From Peptococcaceae bacterium BRH_c4a (GTDB lineage: Bacteria; Bacillota; Desulfotomaculia; Desulfotomaculales; Desulfocucumaceae), in NCBI GenBank assembly GCA_000961585.1, contig LADN01000053.1, positions 438 through 64,437 of the forward strand: 64,000 bases of DNA, in the 5' to 3' direction. The notes under the pieces are model-generated. The model did not search any database and was not told where the DNA came from. It saw only the letters and a program-made list of their open reading frames with translations. Position 1 is the first letter of the stretch, and the number at the start of each line of letters is the position of its first letter. Of the stretch, positions 41,566 through 52,294 are shown in pieces. The position numbers and the translations under genes are program-made.

Positions 41566-42507
41566 TTAAACGGCCCTGGCCTGGCGTCCCGTTCCTAAAC
41601 CGGAAGCCCCCTTTTCCCCGGCCTCCACTCTGAACTCTGAAGACCTGTCATTTCCCAAAAGTCCTATGGCATCTGCCCTGCACTGCTTGCAGTGGTACAT
41701 TTGCCTGAGATCGACCTGGCACATGCTTCTCATTTTGTTCAGTTCGGCCGGACTGGTTCCGGGATAGTTCTCAAAAACGCTCCCCCTAGCCGGAATAAGG
41801 GGCATTATATTGGTTATAAACACCCCCAGGCCCTTCAATTCTTTTGCTATTTCCGGAATATGGAGGTCATTGACCCCTTTTATCATCACAATGTTTACCT
41901 TTACCAGAACACCCTGGCCAACCAGTATTTTTATTCCGGCCATTTGTTGGCGGATCAGTATTTCCGCCCCTGCCGCACCTGCGTATTTATGACCGCTGTA
42001 GTGAACGTGACGGTATATTTTCCCGCCAATAACCGGATCGGTACAGTTTACGGTAACGGTGACGTGCTTTACTCCCAGCCCGGTTAGTTCCAAAGCATGG
42101 TGGGGAAGCATCAGCCCGTTGGTGGACAGGCAGAAAATAATCTCGGGATCAGCCTGGCGCACCAGTTGGATGGTATGCCGGGTATTTTCCCAGTTGGCCA
42201 GGGCATCGCCCGGGCCCGCTATCCCAACCACGCTGAGACTTTCTATCTTTTTCCTGACCAGAACAAATTTTTTCAGGGCAGCATCAGGGGTAAGTATCTC
42301 ACTGGTTACGCCCGGCCTGCTTTCATGCAGACAGTCGAATTTCCTGTTGCAGTAATTGCAGCTTATATTGCACTGGGGCGCAACGGGCAGATGCATCCTG
42401 GCATACCTGTGATGGGCCTCGTATGAGTAGCACGGGTGCCTGCCGGTTTTCTCCATAATATCCTCCCGACCCATGTCCGGAGTCCTTTTATCACACAGGC
42501 AGTTCAT
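41566..42507 (-). CDS. nifB: NifB, radical-SAM FeMo-cofactor (NifB-co) synthase, short form without NifX-like domain
   Basis: 313 aa. HPCYS...ARMHLPVAPQCNISCNYCNRKFDC radical-SAM motif, and GIAGPGDALAN. The start overlaps the nifN stop by 4 nt. Confidence 0.9.
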   Translation of the reverse strand: MNCLCDKRTPDMGREDIMEKTGRHPCYSYEAHHRYARMHLPVAPQCNISCNYCNRKFDCLHESRPGVTSEILTPDAALKKFVLVRKKIESLSVVGIAGPGDALANWENTRHTIQLVRQADPEIIFCLSTNGLMLPHHALELTGLGVKHVTVTVNCTDPVIGGKIYRHVHYSGHKYAGAAGAEILIRQQMAGIKILVGQGVLVKVNIVMIKGVNDLHIPEIAKELKGLGVFITNIMPLIPARGSVFENYPGTSPAELNKMRSMCQVDLRQMYHCKQCRADAIGLLGNDRSSEFRVEAGEKGASGLGTGRQARAV

Positions 42508-43919
42508 ATAGCTTCACCCTTGCCTTCCATACAGCACTGGCTATCCGGTTCAGCGCCTTGATAGAACTTCTGGTAAACAGAAGACCGGTAATTTTTATAC
42601 TTTTTCTCCAGCAGAGTATTGGTAATGCGGTCCAGGAACATGGCGGTTCCTGTATATCCCACCGATAACAGCCTCTGGCCCCCAACCCGGTCGTGTATGG
42701 GAAAACCCAACCTGACCAGAGGAATGCCTTCTCTTTCAGTCAGGTACCTTCCGTCTGAATGGCCGATGGCTATGTTGGCCCCCATCCTTGCACTCTCTTG
42801 CCTTATTGTGCTGAAATCTGTTCCATTTAGAATAGTGCATTCCCCCGGATGATCTTTAAAAATGTCTTTCAACAGTCCCATCAGCCTGGGGGCCTTGCTT
42901 CCGGAGGCTGCCACCACGGGGAAGACGCCGTTTTCCATACAAGTTTTGGCAACCGCATAAACCTGTTCCGGATCGCCGTATATCACGCTTTTTCCCTGGA
43001 AGTTATACTTATGGGAATCAATCATGCAATCCAGGAGCCTTCCCCTTTCCTGCTCAAGACTTTCGGGAATGGCGCTGCCAGCAATTATTTTTAGAACCTC
43101 TATAAACAGGTCCGTGCTCCCAATGCCCATGGGTATGGGGATGTTGTATAAAGGCACACCGAACTCGGTTTCCAGGTACTTGCCCGGCGATATGCAGTCA
43201 TCTGCGGTCACACCCAACTGAATGGTGGCTGCAGCCCCGGGCATTTCTGATATCTCGGCCAGCGTCGTACCGCCGTCGGGCACTTTTTTATATGGCCTGC
43301 TGAAGGGGCGGTCCAGTGTGTCCGAAAAGTCTGGACACAGCGTAAACCTGACCTGCATAAGGTTAAGAATCCTTTTTATCTCACGTATATCTGCGGGGCT
43401 GATATTGGGAACAATTACGTTTATTCCGGAATGCCCGGGGGTCTTTTGGCCCATTTTCTCTATTATTTTTTTCACGGCCAGCCAGTACCCCTCTGAGTGG
43501 CTGCCCCCGTATCCCGGAGTAGGCACCGTAATCAGAGGAAAGTCCCCCATTCCCCTTTCCTTGAGATAATCTGAGGCGATCCAGTCAATGTCTTCACCTA
43601 TTGTTTCAGACAGGCAGGTGGTCAACACCCCTATTATCCGGGGATTGTATGCCCTGATAAGATTGTCCAGCCCCTGTTTTAAATTTTTTTCCCCGCCGTA
43701 AATAGTGCCCTTTTCATTTAGTGAAGAGGAGGCAATGTCAATGGGCTCGTTAAAATGTTCTGCTATATGCCGGCGCATGTAGGTACTGCACCCCTGGGAA
43801 CCGTGAATTATAACCATGGAATTTTCTATCCCTTTGAACGGCAGTATGCCTCCCATGGGCATACACATGTTACACGGGTTTTCGTTGACATTACGGTAGT
43901 TTGAAGCATTTGTTTTCAT
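42504..43919 (-). CDS. nifN: NifN, FeMo-cofactor maturation scaffold subunit
   Basis: 471 aa. NPCNMCMPMGGILPFKGIENSMVIIHGSQGCSTYMRRH is a NifN/NifK-like N-terminal motif. It follows nifE. Confidence 0.85.
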   Translation of the reverse strand: MKTNASNYRNVNENPCNMCMPMGGILPFKGIENSMVIIHGSQGCSTYMRRHIAEHFNEPIDIASSSLNEKGTIYGGEKNLKQGLDNLIRAYNPRIIGVLTTCLSETIGEDIDWIASDYLKERGMGDFPLITVPTPGYGGSHSEGYWLAVKKIIEKMGQKTPGHSGINVIVPNISPADIREIKRILNLMQVRFTLCPDFSDTLDRPFSRPYKKVPDGGTTLAEISEMPGAAATIQLGVTADDCISPGKYLETEFGVPLYNIPIPMGIGSTDLFIEVLKIIAGSAIPESLEQERGRLLDCMIDSHKYNFQGKSVIYGDPEQVYAVAKTCMENGVFPVVAASGSKAPRLMGLLKDIFKDHPGECTILNGTDFSTIRQESARMGANIAIGHSDGRYLTEREGIPLVRLGFPIHDRVGGQRLLSVGYTGTAMFLDRITNTLLEKKYKNYRSSVYQKFYQGAEPDSQCCMEGKGEAI

Positions 43920-43955
43920 GACACCCTCCCGGCAGCATTTTTTTGCCCGGCTGCC

Positions 43956-45299
43956 TTATACATATTTCCACACCGGGGAACAAAGGGTGGAGTATACCTC
44001 CCTGGCAAAATTCACCGCTCCCACGAAACCGCTTAAGGGGTGTTTCCTGTCATGGTTGTGGTCTATAAAGGCCACGCCCAGCTTGTAGGCCAGGGGCCTT
44101 TCCTTGACCCCTCCCACCAGAAGGTGGGCGCCTTTTTCCACCATGAATTTTTCCAGCTCCGAGGGATTGGCGTCGTCCAAAACTACGGCGCCCTCGTCCA
44201 CCAGGTCGTTAATGGTTTGGTATTCTTCCTCCCTGCCAGTCTGGGTACCGATCATCACCACATCAATGCCTATCTCCCTGAACTGCTTGATCAGTGATAT
44301 GGCTTTAAACCCGCCGCCCACATAAATAGCGGCCTTTTTGCCCTGGAGTTTTTCTTTGTACCACCGTATGTCCTCCATCACCACGGCAGTCTCTTTCTTA
44401 ATCAGTTCTTCGGCACTGGCTGTTATTGACTCGTCGTTAAAAAAGGAGGCTGTTTTTCTCAGTGATGCGGCAGTGTCTTCCAGCCCCAGGAACGATATGT
44501 TCAGATAGGGAATCTGGTATATTTCCTCCATCTTCTGAGCCAGGTAGATCATAGATCCAGCACACTGAACCATATTCAGGGAGGCTCTGGTGGCTGTTTT
44601 TAGGGTTTCAAAGCGGGAATCACCGGTAAAAGCGACATTTACGTGTATTCCCAGGCGCCTTAAATAGTTTTTTATGATCCATACCTCACCGGCCAGGTTG
44701 AAGTCCCCCAGGTAGTTTATACTGCTGGTCTTTTTCAATCTTATGCCGTCCGGCTTAATCAGTCGCAGCAGGGCATCACAGGCCGCCCGATAGCCGGCCG
44801 ACTTGTTGCCGATAAAGCCGCTGGACTGAACTGGAATGACCTCTATGCCGTGTTTTTTGGATGCGGCCTTGCAGACGGCCTCCAGGTCGTCGCCGATTAC
44901 CCCCACAATACACGTGGAGTACACCAGTACCAGCTTGGGATGATATTTTTCAACCAGTTCATCAATGGCCAGGGCAAGCTTTTTTTCACCGCCGAAAATA
45001 ACATCTTCCTCTTTCAGATCGGTGGAAAAACTGAAGCGGTACAGATCCGGCCCGCTGGTGAGGCTCCCCCGAATATCCCAGGTATAGCTGGAACAGCCGA
45101 TGGGGCCGTGAACCAGATGGACGGCGTCGGTGATGGGATTTAAAACAACCCTGGCCCCGCAGTACACGCAAGCTCTCTGACTTACACACCCGGCCAGGCT
45201 GTCGGAATCGCATTTGAGATTCTTTTTCTGCTTGCCCTTGGTCATGATAAAATCTTTACGCTCTTCAAATACCAGATCCGCTGCTTTAGCCGTCGCCAT
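43956..45299 (-). CDS. nifE: NifE, FeMo-cofactor maturation scaffold subunit
   Basis: 447 aa. CVYCGARVVLNPITDAVHLVHGPIGCSSYTWDIRGS and NMVQCAGSMIY are NifD-like motifs. Confidence 0.9.
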   Translation of the reverse strand: MATAKAADLVFEERKDFIMTKGKQKKNLKCDSDSLAGCVSQRACVYCGARVVLNPITDAVHLVHGPIGCSSYTWDIRGSLTSGPDLYRFSFSTDLKEEDVIFGGEKKLALAIDELVEKYHPKLVLVYSTCIVGVIGDDLEAVCKAASKKHGIEVIPVQSSGFIGNKSAGYRAACDALLRLIKPDGIRLKKTSSINYLGDFNLAGEVWIIKNYLRRLGIHVNVAFTGDSRFETLKTATRASLNMVQCAGSMIYLAQKMEEIYQIPYLNISFLGLEDTAASLRKTASFFNDESITASAEELIKKETAVVMEDIRWYKEKLQGKKAAIYVGGGFKAISLIKQFREIGIDVVMIGTQTGREEEYQTINDLVDEGAVVLDDANPSELEKFMVEKGAHLLVGGVKERPLAYKLGVAFIDHNHDRKHPLSGFVGAVNFAREVYSTLCSPVWKYV

Positions 45300-45331
45300 G
45301 TTTCATCCCATCTTTCCGTAAAATCTGGTAT

Positions 45332-46717
45332 CTACATAACCAGTTCAAAGTCTTCTTCGGCGGCGTCCCGGTCCGCTCTGTCCAGAAGGGCGCCGCTGAT
45401 CATTTCCACCAGCCGCATGGCCCCCCTGTAGCCCACTATGGGTAAATAACTGTGCACACTCCTGTCCAGAATGGGGAATCCCACGCGCACAAAGGGTATG
45501 TCCTCGGCCCTGGCTATGTATTTCCCGTAAGTGTTGCCAATTAAAAGGTCTACCGGCTCATTTTTAATCCACTGGTGCAGATCGAACAGGTCGCCTCCGG
45601 CCTTTACCCTGCCGTCTATCCCGGATATGCTCAGCAGCTCTTTTATTTCTTTTTCAAAATCTCCCACCGTGGCGCCGATTACTCCCCCCGGGGTGCCGGT
45701 CAATACATGGACAGGCTTCATGCCCATGGACAACAGAAATTCAGTCAGCCCTATGACAACATCCGGGTCTCCGAAAAGGGCTGCTTTTTTTCCATGGAAA
45801 TGGTAGTGGGTGTCTGTGAGAATATCCACCAACTGTCCCCTTTCTTCTTCCATCTGGTAAGGTATTTTCTTTACAAAACCCTGCCGCAGGGCCATCAGGA
45901 ACTGGTCGGTGGCCTTTATGCCAATGGGTGTTTTCAGAACCATTTCCGGCACTCCGCAATTTCTTTCCAAAAGGTGTGCGGCGTCACTGGAGGCATAGCT
46001 TCCCAGAGCCAGGGTGATTTTGGAATTCCCCGCATCCGCTATATCCTCAACTTTAGCCCCTCCGCCGGGATACATTACCGAGCGGCCGGTCAAGGGCGAG
46101 TCCATTACGCCGGAGGTGTCGGGAAACATTATGTATTTGATCCCCATGGCTTCCACTATTCCCTTTATCTCTCTCATGTCTCCGGGATTGACGAAGCCGG
46201 GGATAATGTTGACCTGTTCCTTCTTGACTTCGGTGGTTGCCCTGGAAAGGTAATTGACCATTCCCTTGACCATGTTGGAAAAACCTGTTATATGGGATCC
46301 CTGGTAGCTGGGTGTGTTGGCATGGATTACCAGCTTACCCTCAGGAACCTCGGAGGTTTTTATAATAGAAGGAATATCGTCTCCTATGGTCTCTGACAGA
46401 CAGGTGGTGTGGACCGCCATAACGTCCGGGTTATATATGGCAAACACATTCTTGATGGCTGTTTTTAAATTGGCGCTGCCTCCAAATACCGACGCCCCTT
46501 CGGTAAAGGAACTGGTGGAAGCCATAACAGGCTCCCGAAAATGCCTGGTCAAGTGCATTCTGTGGTAAGAACAGCAGCCCTGGGACCCGTGGCTGTGGGG
46601 CAGGCATTTGTGAATGCCCAGGGCGGCATACATGGCCCCAATGGGCTGGCAGGTTTTGGCCGGATTAATGGCGCCTCCGGCGCGCTTTCTGATTTCTTTC
46701 GATGTACAGTCCAGCAT
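45332..46717 (-). CDS. nifK: NifK, nitrogenase MoFe protein beta chain
   Basis: 461 aa. INPAKTCQPIGAMYAALGIHKCLPHSHGSQGCCSYHR carries the P-cluster Cys motifs. It starts 1 nt after the nifD stop. Confidence 0.9.
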   Translation of the reverse strand: MLDCTSKEIRKRAGGAINPAKTCQPIGAMYAALGIHKCLPHSHGSQGCCSYHRMHLTRHFREPVMASTSSFTEGASVFGGSANLKTAIKNVFAIYNPDVMAVHTTCLSETIGDDIPSIIKTSEVPEGKLVIHANTPSYQGSHITGFSNMVKGMVNYLSRATTEVKKEQVNIIPGFVNPGDMREIKGIVEAMGIKYIMFPDTSGVMDSPLTGRSVMYPGGGAKVEDIADAGNSKITLALGSYASSDAAHLLERNCGVPEMVLKTPIGIKATDQFLMALRQGFVKKIPYQMEEERGQLVDILTDTHYHFHGKKAALFGDPDVVIGLTEFLLSMGMKPVHVLTGTPGGVIGATVGDFEKEIKELLSISGIDGRVKAGGDLFDLHQWIKNEPVDLLIGNTYGKYIARAEDIPFVRVGFPILDRSVHSYLPIVGYRGAMRLVEMISGALLDRADRDAAEEDFELVM

Positions 46718-46718
46718 G

Positions 46719-48338
46719 CTATGCCTCTCCTTCCTCGATGGTTCCTTCCAGCAACGGGGTGTTTCTCCATGGCGGATCTATAAAATTCCAGGTGGGGGAC
46801 GCAAAACACATGCTTATGTCCCTGGCAAAGTTAACGGCCCCGTTAAAACCGGCGTACGGCCCGCTGTAATCGTAATTGTGCAGTTGTTTGGAGGGAATGC
46901 CCATTTTCTGCACTACATATTTATCCTTGATGCCCGACGAAAAAATATCCGGTTTTAACAGCTTTATAAATTCTTCAGTCTCAAAGTGGTTCAGGTCGTC
47001 TACTATAATGCTTCCATCCTTCATGTCGGTGATTATTCCCTTGTAATTGCTTAAGGGTATTCTTTCCTGCAGTTCGGCCATTCTCTTCTCGGATATTTTG
47101 AGACGGTAGCGTTTCTCATCAGGGGTGACATGAAGTTCGGGTATGTTTTTACTGTCAGCGTCGGTCTTGATCTGGGGAATAACTTCCCGCCCCTCGTAGT
47201 CGTCCCGGTGTGCAAATTCATAGCCGGCCAGTACCGTTTCAATGCCCAATTCCTCATAAAGACCCTGATAGTGGTGGCCCCTGGAACCTCCCACGAAGGA
47301 GAAGGCTGTTTTCCCGAAGCAGATTTTTTTGTACTGTTCAATAACGGGCTCCACCCTGGCCAGTTCCCGGGCGATTACCTCCTCGGTTCTGGCCAGCAGA
47401 TCCGGATCCCCGAAATAAAGGGCCATGTTGCGCAGCGATTCTATGGTGGAACGGATACCGATAAAGTTTACCTTTAGCCAGGGAGTGCCGTATTTTTTCT
47501 CCAGCATCTCGGCTATGTAATTTATGGACCGGTGGCACTGCACCAGGTTCAGTTGGGATACATGGGCGTTTTTCAACTCTTCGTAAGACCCGTTGCCGGT
47601 CATCACCGTCAGAATGGTGTACCCGATATCTTTAAGCACCCGCTCTACCTCCCAGCCATCCCCGCCTATGTTGTACTCGCCCAGTATATTGATGGCGTAT
47701 TTGCCAGGGGGCTCCTCCAGATCCCCCTGACCGATGACCCATTCCATCAGCCCGTTGTTGGCGATGTGATGGCCGGCGGACTGGCTGACGCCCTTATAAC
47801 CCTCACAGCTAAAGGCCATTACATTTATGCCATGCCTCTTTCCGGCCTCCCTGGCCACCGACTGAATGTCGTCTCCAATCAGCCCCACCGGGCAGGTGGC
47901 CGAAACTGTTATGGCGCTGGGCTTGAAAATCTCCACAACCTCGTCTATGGTCCTGACAAGCTTTTTTTCGCCTCCGAATACTATGTCACTTTCCTGCATA
48001 TCGGTAGATACGCAATAGGTGAGGAAATTTTTCTCCGGGTCATCGGATTTGGCTTTATTCCTCCGGGTCAACCAACTGTAGTAGGCGCATCCGATGGGGC
48101 CGTGAACAACATGCACCACATCTTTCAGCGGGCCCAGCACCACACCCTTGCATCCGGCGAAGGCGCAGCCCCGGTTGGTTATGATCCCCGGTATGGTTCG
48201 TGTGTTGGCTTCTATCTCCTGCATTGCAAGGGATGAGTCCTTGATAACAATGTGTTTCTTGCGATTTCTTTTAACCTTGGCAGGATACTGATCAAGCATG
48301 GCATTAAGATTTTTCTCATTGAGAGACAAGGGTCCCAC
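46719..48338 (-). CDS. nifD: NifD, nitrogenase MoFe protein alpha chain (long, clostridial-type)
   Basis: 539 aa. NRGCAFAGCKGVVLGPLKDVVHVVHGPIGCAYYSW. LVQCHRSINY carries the FeMo-co Cys ligand and LHNYDYSGPYAGF the His ligand. No delta (G) subunit gene lies between D and K, so it is Mo-type. Confidence 0.92.
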   Translation of the reverse strand: MGPLSLNEKNLNAMLDQYPAKVKRNRKKHIVIKDSSLAMQEIEANTRTIPGIITNRGCAFAGCKGVVLGPLKDVVHVVHGPIGCAYYSWLTRRNKAKSDDPEKNFLTYCVSTDMQESDIVFGGEKKLVRTIDEVVEIFKPSAITVSATCPVGLIGDDIQSVAREAGKRHGINVMAFSCEGYKGVSQSAGHHIANNGLMEWVIGQGDLEEPPGKYAINILGEYNIGGDGWEVERVLKDIGYTILTVMTGNGSYEELKNAHVSQLNLVQCHRSINYIAEMLEKKYGTPWLKVNFIGIRSTIESLRNMALYFGDPDLLARTEEVIARELARVEPVIEQYKKICFGKTAFSFVGGSRGHHYQGLYEELGIETVLAGYEFAHRDDYEGREVIPQIKTDADSKNIPELHVTPDEKRYRLKISEKRMAELQERIPLSNYKGIITDMKDGSIIVDDLNHFETEEFIKLLKPDIFSSGIKDKYVVQKMGIPSKQLHNYDYSGPYAGFNGAVNFARDISMCFASPTWNFIDPPWRNTPLLEGTIEEGEA

Positions 48339-48354
48339 CTCCTTTACGCATCCT

Positions 48355-48735
48355 CTAAACAGCTTCTTCTCCCCGCTCGCCCGTTCTTACCCTGACGGCT
48401 TCCATAACAGGAGAGACAAATATCTTGCCGTCCCCCTTGTTTCCCTCTTTATTCACCTTGATTATGGTATCAACCACTTTAGTTGCATCTTCATTCCGGA
48501 CCAGTATGGTTAAAAGCCTTTTAGGGATGAGACGGAACCCGGCGGATAGGCCGTCGGCCACAATACCGCCTATTTCTTCCCTGGCGCCTATTTCATCCAG
48601 CACCGAAAAGTCCACCTTCATCTTCCCCCGCCCCATCACCTTCATGGCGTGGAGCCCGCACACCCCCGCATCGGCCAGAGCCTTCTTGGTGGCATTGACC
48701 TTGTTCATCCGTATAATCGCTATTATTTCCTTCAT
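48355..48735 (-). CDS. nifI2: NifI2, P-II-like nitrogenase switch-off regulator
   Basis: 126 aa from ATG 48735 (G-rich RBS AGGGGGGG upstream). P-II fold with an extended T-loop (GRGKMKVDFSVLDEIGAREEIGG...). The ORF-track start at 48768 would overlap nifI1. Confidence 0.8.
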   Translation of the reverse strand: MKEIIAIIRMNKVNATKKALADAGVCGLHAMKVMGRGKMKVDFSVLDEIGAREEIGGIVADGLSAGFRLIPKRLLTILVRNEDATKVVDTIIKVNKEGNKGDGKIFVSPVMEAVRVRTGERGEEAV

Positions 48736-48748
48736 AAACGCCCCCCCT

Positions 48749-49075
48749 TTACAGCCCCTTGGATCCACTGCTTATGGTGTAAGCCTCTTCCACCGGTGTT
48801 ATAAATATTTTTCCATCGCCGAACGCTCCCTTTTCTCCGGTTTTGGCATACTTTAAAATAACGCTTATAACATCTTCCTTGTCCTCGTCCCGGATCACCA
48901 GCATCAGTAATTCCTTGGGGATTTCATCATAAACAACCTCCCCCACCCTGACCCCCCTCTGTTTTCCGCGCCCCACCACGTCAATCCTGGTTACGGCCGG
49001 AAAGCCGGCGCTGTTCAGCTCTGCCATGACTGTATTTGTTTTTTCCGGTCTTACTATGGCCCTTATCATCAGCAT
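48749..49075 (-). CDS. nifI1: NifI1, P-II-like nitrogenase switch-off regulator
   Basis: 108 aa. MLMIRAIVRPEK...GRGKQRG...GDGKIFITPVEEAYTI. It lies between nifH and nifD, as in anaerobe/archaeal-type nif clusters. Confidence 0.8.
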   Translation of the reverse strand: MLMIRAIVRPEKTNTVMAELNSAGFPAVTRIDVVGRGKQRGVRVGEVVYDEIPKELLMLVIRDEDKEDVISVILKYAKTGEKGAFGDGKIFITPVEEAYTISSGSKGL

Positions 49076-49097
49076 ATAAATTCACTCCCATCAGATA

Positions 49098-49955
<858 letters not shown>

Positions 49956-50010
49956 TTAAAAAGAACGCCCCGGTTTCAGGAAAGAGGAGGTTTCCTGAAA
50001 ACCGGGGCGT
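49956..50010 (-). terminator. Very strong intrinsic terminator between glnB and nifH
   Basis: On the minus strand, ACGCCCCGGTTTTCAGGAAA / TTTCCTGAAACCGGGGCGT form an approximately 19-bp stem with one bulged T, followed by TCTTTTT. The hairpin ends about 41 nt upstream of the nifH ATG. Confidence 0.8.
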
Positions 50011-50044
50011 CTATGCCCATGTCATACTTCAGTGTTATGACCGG

Positions 50045-50395
<351 letters not shown>

Positions 50396-50420
50396 TTATT
50401 TTTAATCCAAATAATGATCT

Positions 50421-51815
50421 TTACTGTTTCGCCAATACCTGGGAGTTGACCCCGGCTGTGCCGAACATCTTGCCTCCCATCAACGATCCGCCGCTCATAA
50501 TGTCCGGATAAGCATCCTCACCGTGAAGGGAGAGATCCAATCCTATTTCCTCCTCGTCGGCAGTGACCCTCAGTTTGGTTACCATGCCTACAATTTTTAG
50601 TATTACAAGTGTGGCTGTGGCGGCAAAGGCCACTGTGGCCAGCACTCCCACCGCCTGTATGCCCAACTGGGCCGGGTTGCCGAATAAAAGTCCGTCCGCT
50701 CCCGCTTCATTTATGGACTTGGAGGCAAATACACCGGTGGCCAGGGCGCCCCATATGCCGCCCAATCCGTGAACTCCAAAGGCGTCCAGAGAATCGTCGT
50801 AGCCAAGCTTCCTTTTTACCACGCTCACTCCCAGGTAGCAAACCACCCCGGCCACCAGGCCTATGGCCAGTGAAGAAAGGGGAGAAACAAATCCCGCCGC
50901 CGGAGTTATGGCCACCAGTCCGGCCACCGCGCCGCTGGCTGCTCCCAGCATGGTGGGCCTGCCGTGGTGCAGCCACTCGGCCAGTATCCAGGACAGTGCC
51001 GCCATGGCCGCAGAGGTGTTGGTCACCACGAAGGCGCTGGCCGCAAGGCCGTTGGCGGAAAGGGCGCTGCCTGCATTGAACCCGAACCAGCCGAACCACA
51101 GCAGGGCGGCGCCCAGTACCGTGAAGGGCAGTTGGTGGGGAACCATGGCCTCGGCGCCGTATCCTTTGCGCCTTCCCAAAACAATGGCGGCCACCAGACC
51201 GGATACGCCGGAGCTTATGTGCACCACGGTGCCGCCTGCAAAGTCAAGGGCTCCCAGCTCCCTGAGCCATCCTCCCACGCCCCACACCCAGTGGGCCAGG
51301 GGGTCATATACAAAGGTGGACCATAGAAGTATAAATAAGAGAAATGCCGGGAATTTCATCCTTTCTGCTATGGAACCGGTGATCAGGGCCGCTGTTATTA
51401 TGGCAAACATCAGCTGGAAGACCATGAATACCAGGTGCGGTATGGTGGCCGCATAGTCCGCATTGGCCTCCTGCCCTACTCCGTTAAGCCCCAGCCAGCT
51501 TAAGGCGCCCACAATGTGGTTTTGATCAGGGCCAAAGGCCAAGGAGTAGCCGAACAGTACCCACTGCACTGAAATCAGGCAAAGAACTATGAAGCTCTGC
51601 ATTATGGTGCTCAGCACATTCTTTTTCCTCACCATGCCGCCGTAAAACAGCGCCAGGCCGGGAGTCATCAGCATTACCAGGGCTGCCGAGATCATTATGA
51701 AGGCGGTGTCCCCGGTGTCTATTTTGGGAACTTCTTCTCCGGCCCAAGCCAGGCCGGGAATTAATAACAAAGCCATCATAATCCCGAACGGTAAACCTTT
51801 TCTTAATATTTTCAC
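50421..51815 (-). CDS. amtB: Ammonium transporter AmtB
   Basis: 464 aa with a GTG start 8 nt after AGGAGG, a signal peptide and about 11 TM helices. Amt signature [13 protein letters not shown] and [12 protein letters not shown]. Confidence 0.95.
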   Translation of the reverse strand: MKILRKGLPFGIMMALLLIPGLAWAGEEVPKIDTGDTAFIMISAALVMLMTPGLALFYGGMVRKKNVLSTIMQSFIVLCLISVQWVLFGYSLAFGPDQNHIVGALSWLGLNGVGQEANADYAATIPHLVFMVFQLMFAIITAALITGSIAERMKFPAFLLFILLWSTFVYDPLAHWVWGVGGWLRELGALDFAGGTVVHISSGVSGLVAAIVLGRRKGYGAEAMVPHQLPFTVLGAALLWFGWFGFNAGSALSANGLAASAFVVTNTSAAMAALSWILAEWLHHGRPTMLGAASGAVAGLVAITPAAGFVSPLSSLAIGLVAGVVCYLGVSVVKRKLGYDDSLDAFGVHGLGGIWGALATGVFASKSINEAGADGLLFGNPAQLGIQAVGVLATVAFAATATLVILKIVGMVTKLRVTADEEEIGLDLSLHGEDAYPDIMSGGSLMGGKMFGTAGVNSQVLAKQ

Positions 51816-51904
51816 ACTAAATACCTCCTTATAGTTTATGTACCCTTAACACCGAGGTTAAACGGCGCCTATTCAACCTCAATGTATAAAATGGGGTATA
51901 CCCC

Positions 51905-51969
51905 AAAAATAAAGCGAAAAGGTCTTAGGATGGAGCAACATTGCCCCTTTTCAACTAAACCCCTTCGCT
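51905..51969 (-). terminator. Leader hairpin/terminator about 90 nt upstream of amtB
   Basis: On the minus strand, AGCGAAGGGGT...ACCTTTTCGCT form an 11-bp stem with two G-U pairs enclosing an internal hairpin, followed by TTATTTTT. Confidence 0.5.
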
Positions 51970-52059
51970 TAATGCCAACACCAGTATGCATTACTTAATA
52001 GATATACTGACAATTAATACATGATACTTTGGCAGTATCAGAATTCATTTGGTCAGATG

Positions 52060-52102
52060 AAAAATGGCGCTATTAGAAGATAATATTCCTCTTCCATAGC
52101 GC
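52060..52102 (-). terminator. Second hairpin/terminator in the region between the gltD-like gene and amtB
   Basis: On the minus strand, GGCGCTAT...ATAGCGCC (8-bp stem, 21-nt loop) is followed by ATTTTT. Confidence 0.5.
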
Positions 52103-52129
52103 CTTTGCCATTATTCAACAGTGAATTGT

Positions 52130-52170
52130 GCGAAAAAGACGCTCTTTGAGTGTTCAAAAAGCGTCTTCGC
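52130..52170 (-). terminator. Terminator downstream of the GltD-like/MvhD fusion gene
   Basis: On the minus strand, GCGAAGACGCT...AGCGTCTTTTTCGC forms a stem whose 3' arm runs into a T tract. Confidence 0.5.
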
Positions 52171-52294
52171 AAAAAACCAACATTGGTTTATATATTCGGT
52201 TATATTCAGTATTATAAACTGGTTAATCCAATGTGTCAATAGCATTTCTCAGTATTTTTTATAAGACTATCCATGTATCATTTTATACAAAAAA

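Noticed and set aside
51932-51947. ANTAR-type antiterminator target: the hairpin GGGGC-AAUGUU-GCUCC has a hexaloop with A at position 1 and G at position 4, inside the amtB leader terminator.
   Set aside because: ANTAR substrates need two tandem hexaloop hairpins competing with the terminator 5' arm. I found only one, and it sits in the terminator loop rather than overlapping an arm. No ANTAR protein is encoded in the window.
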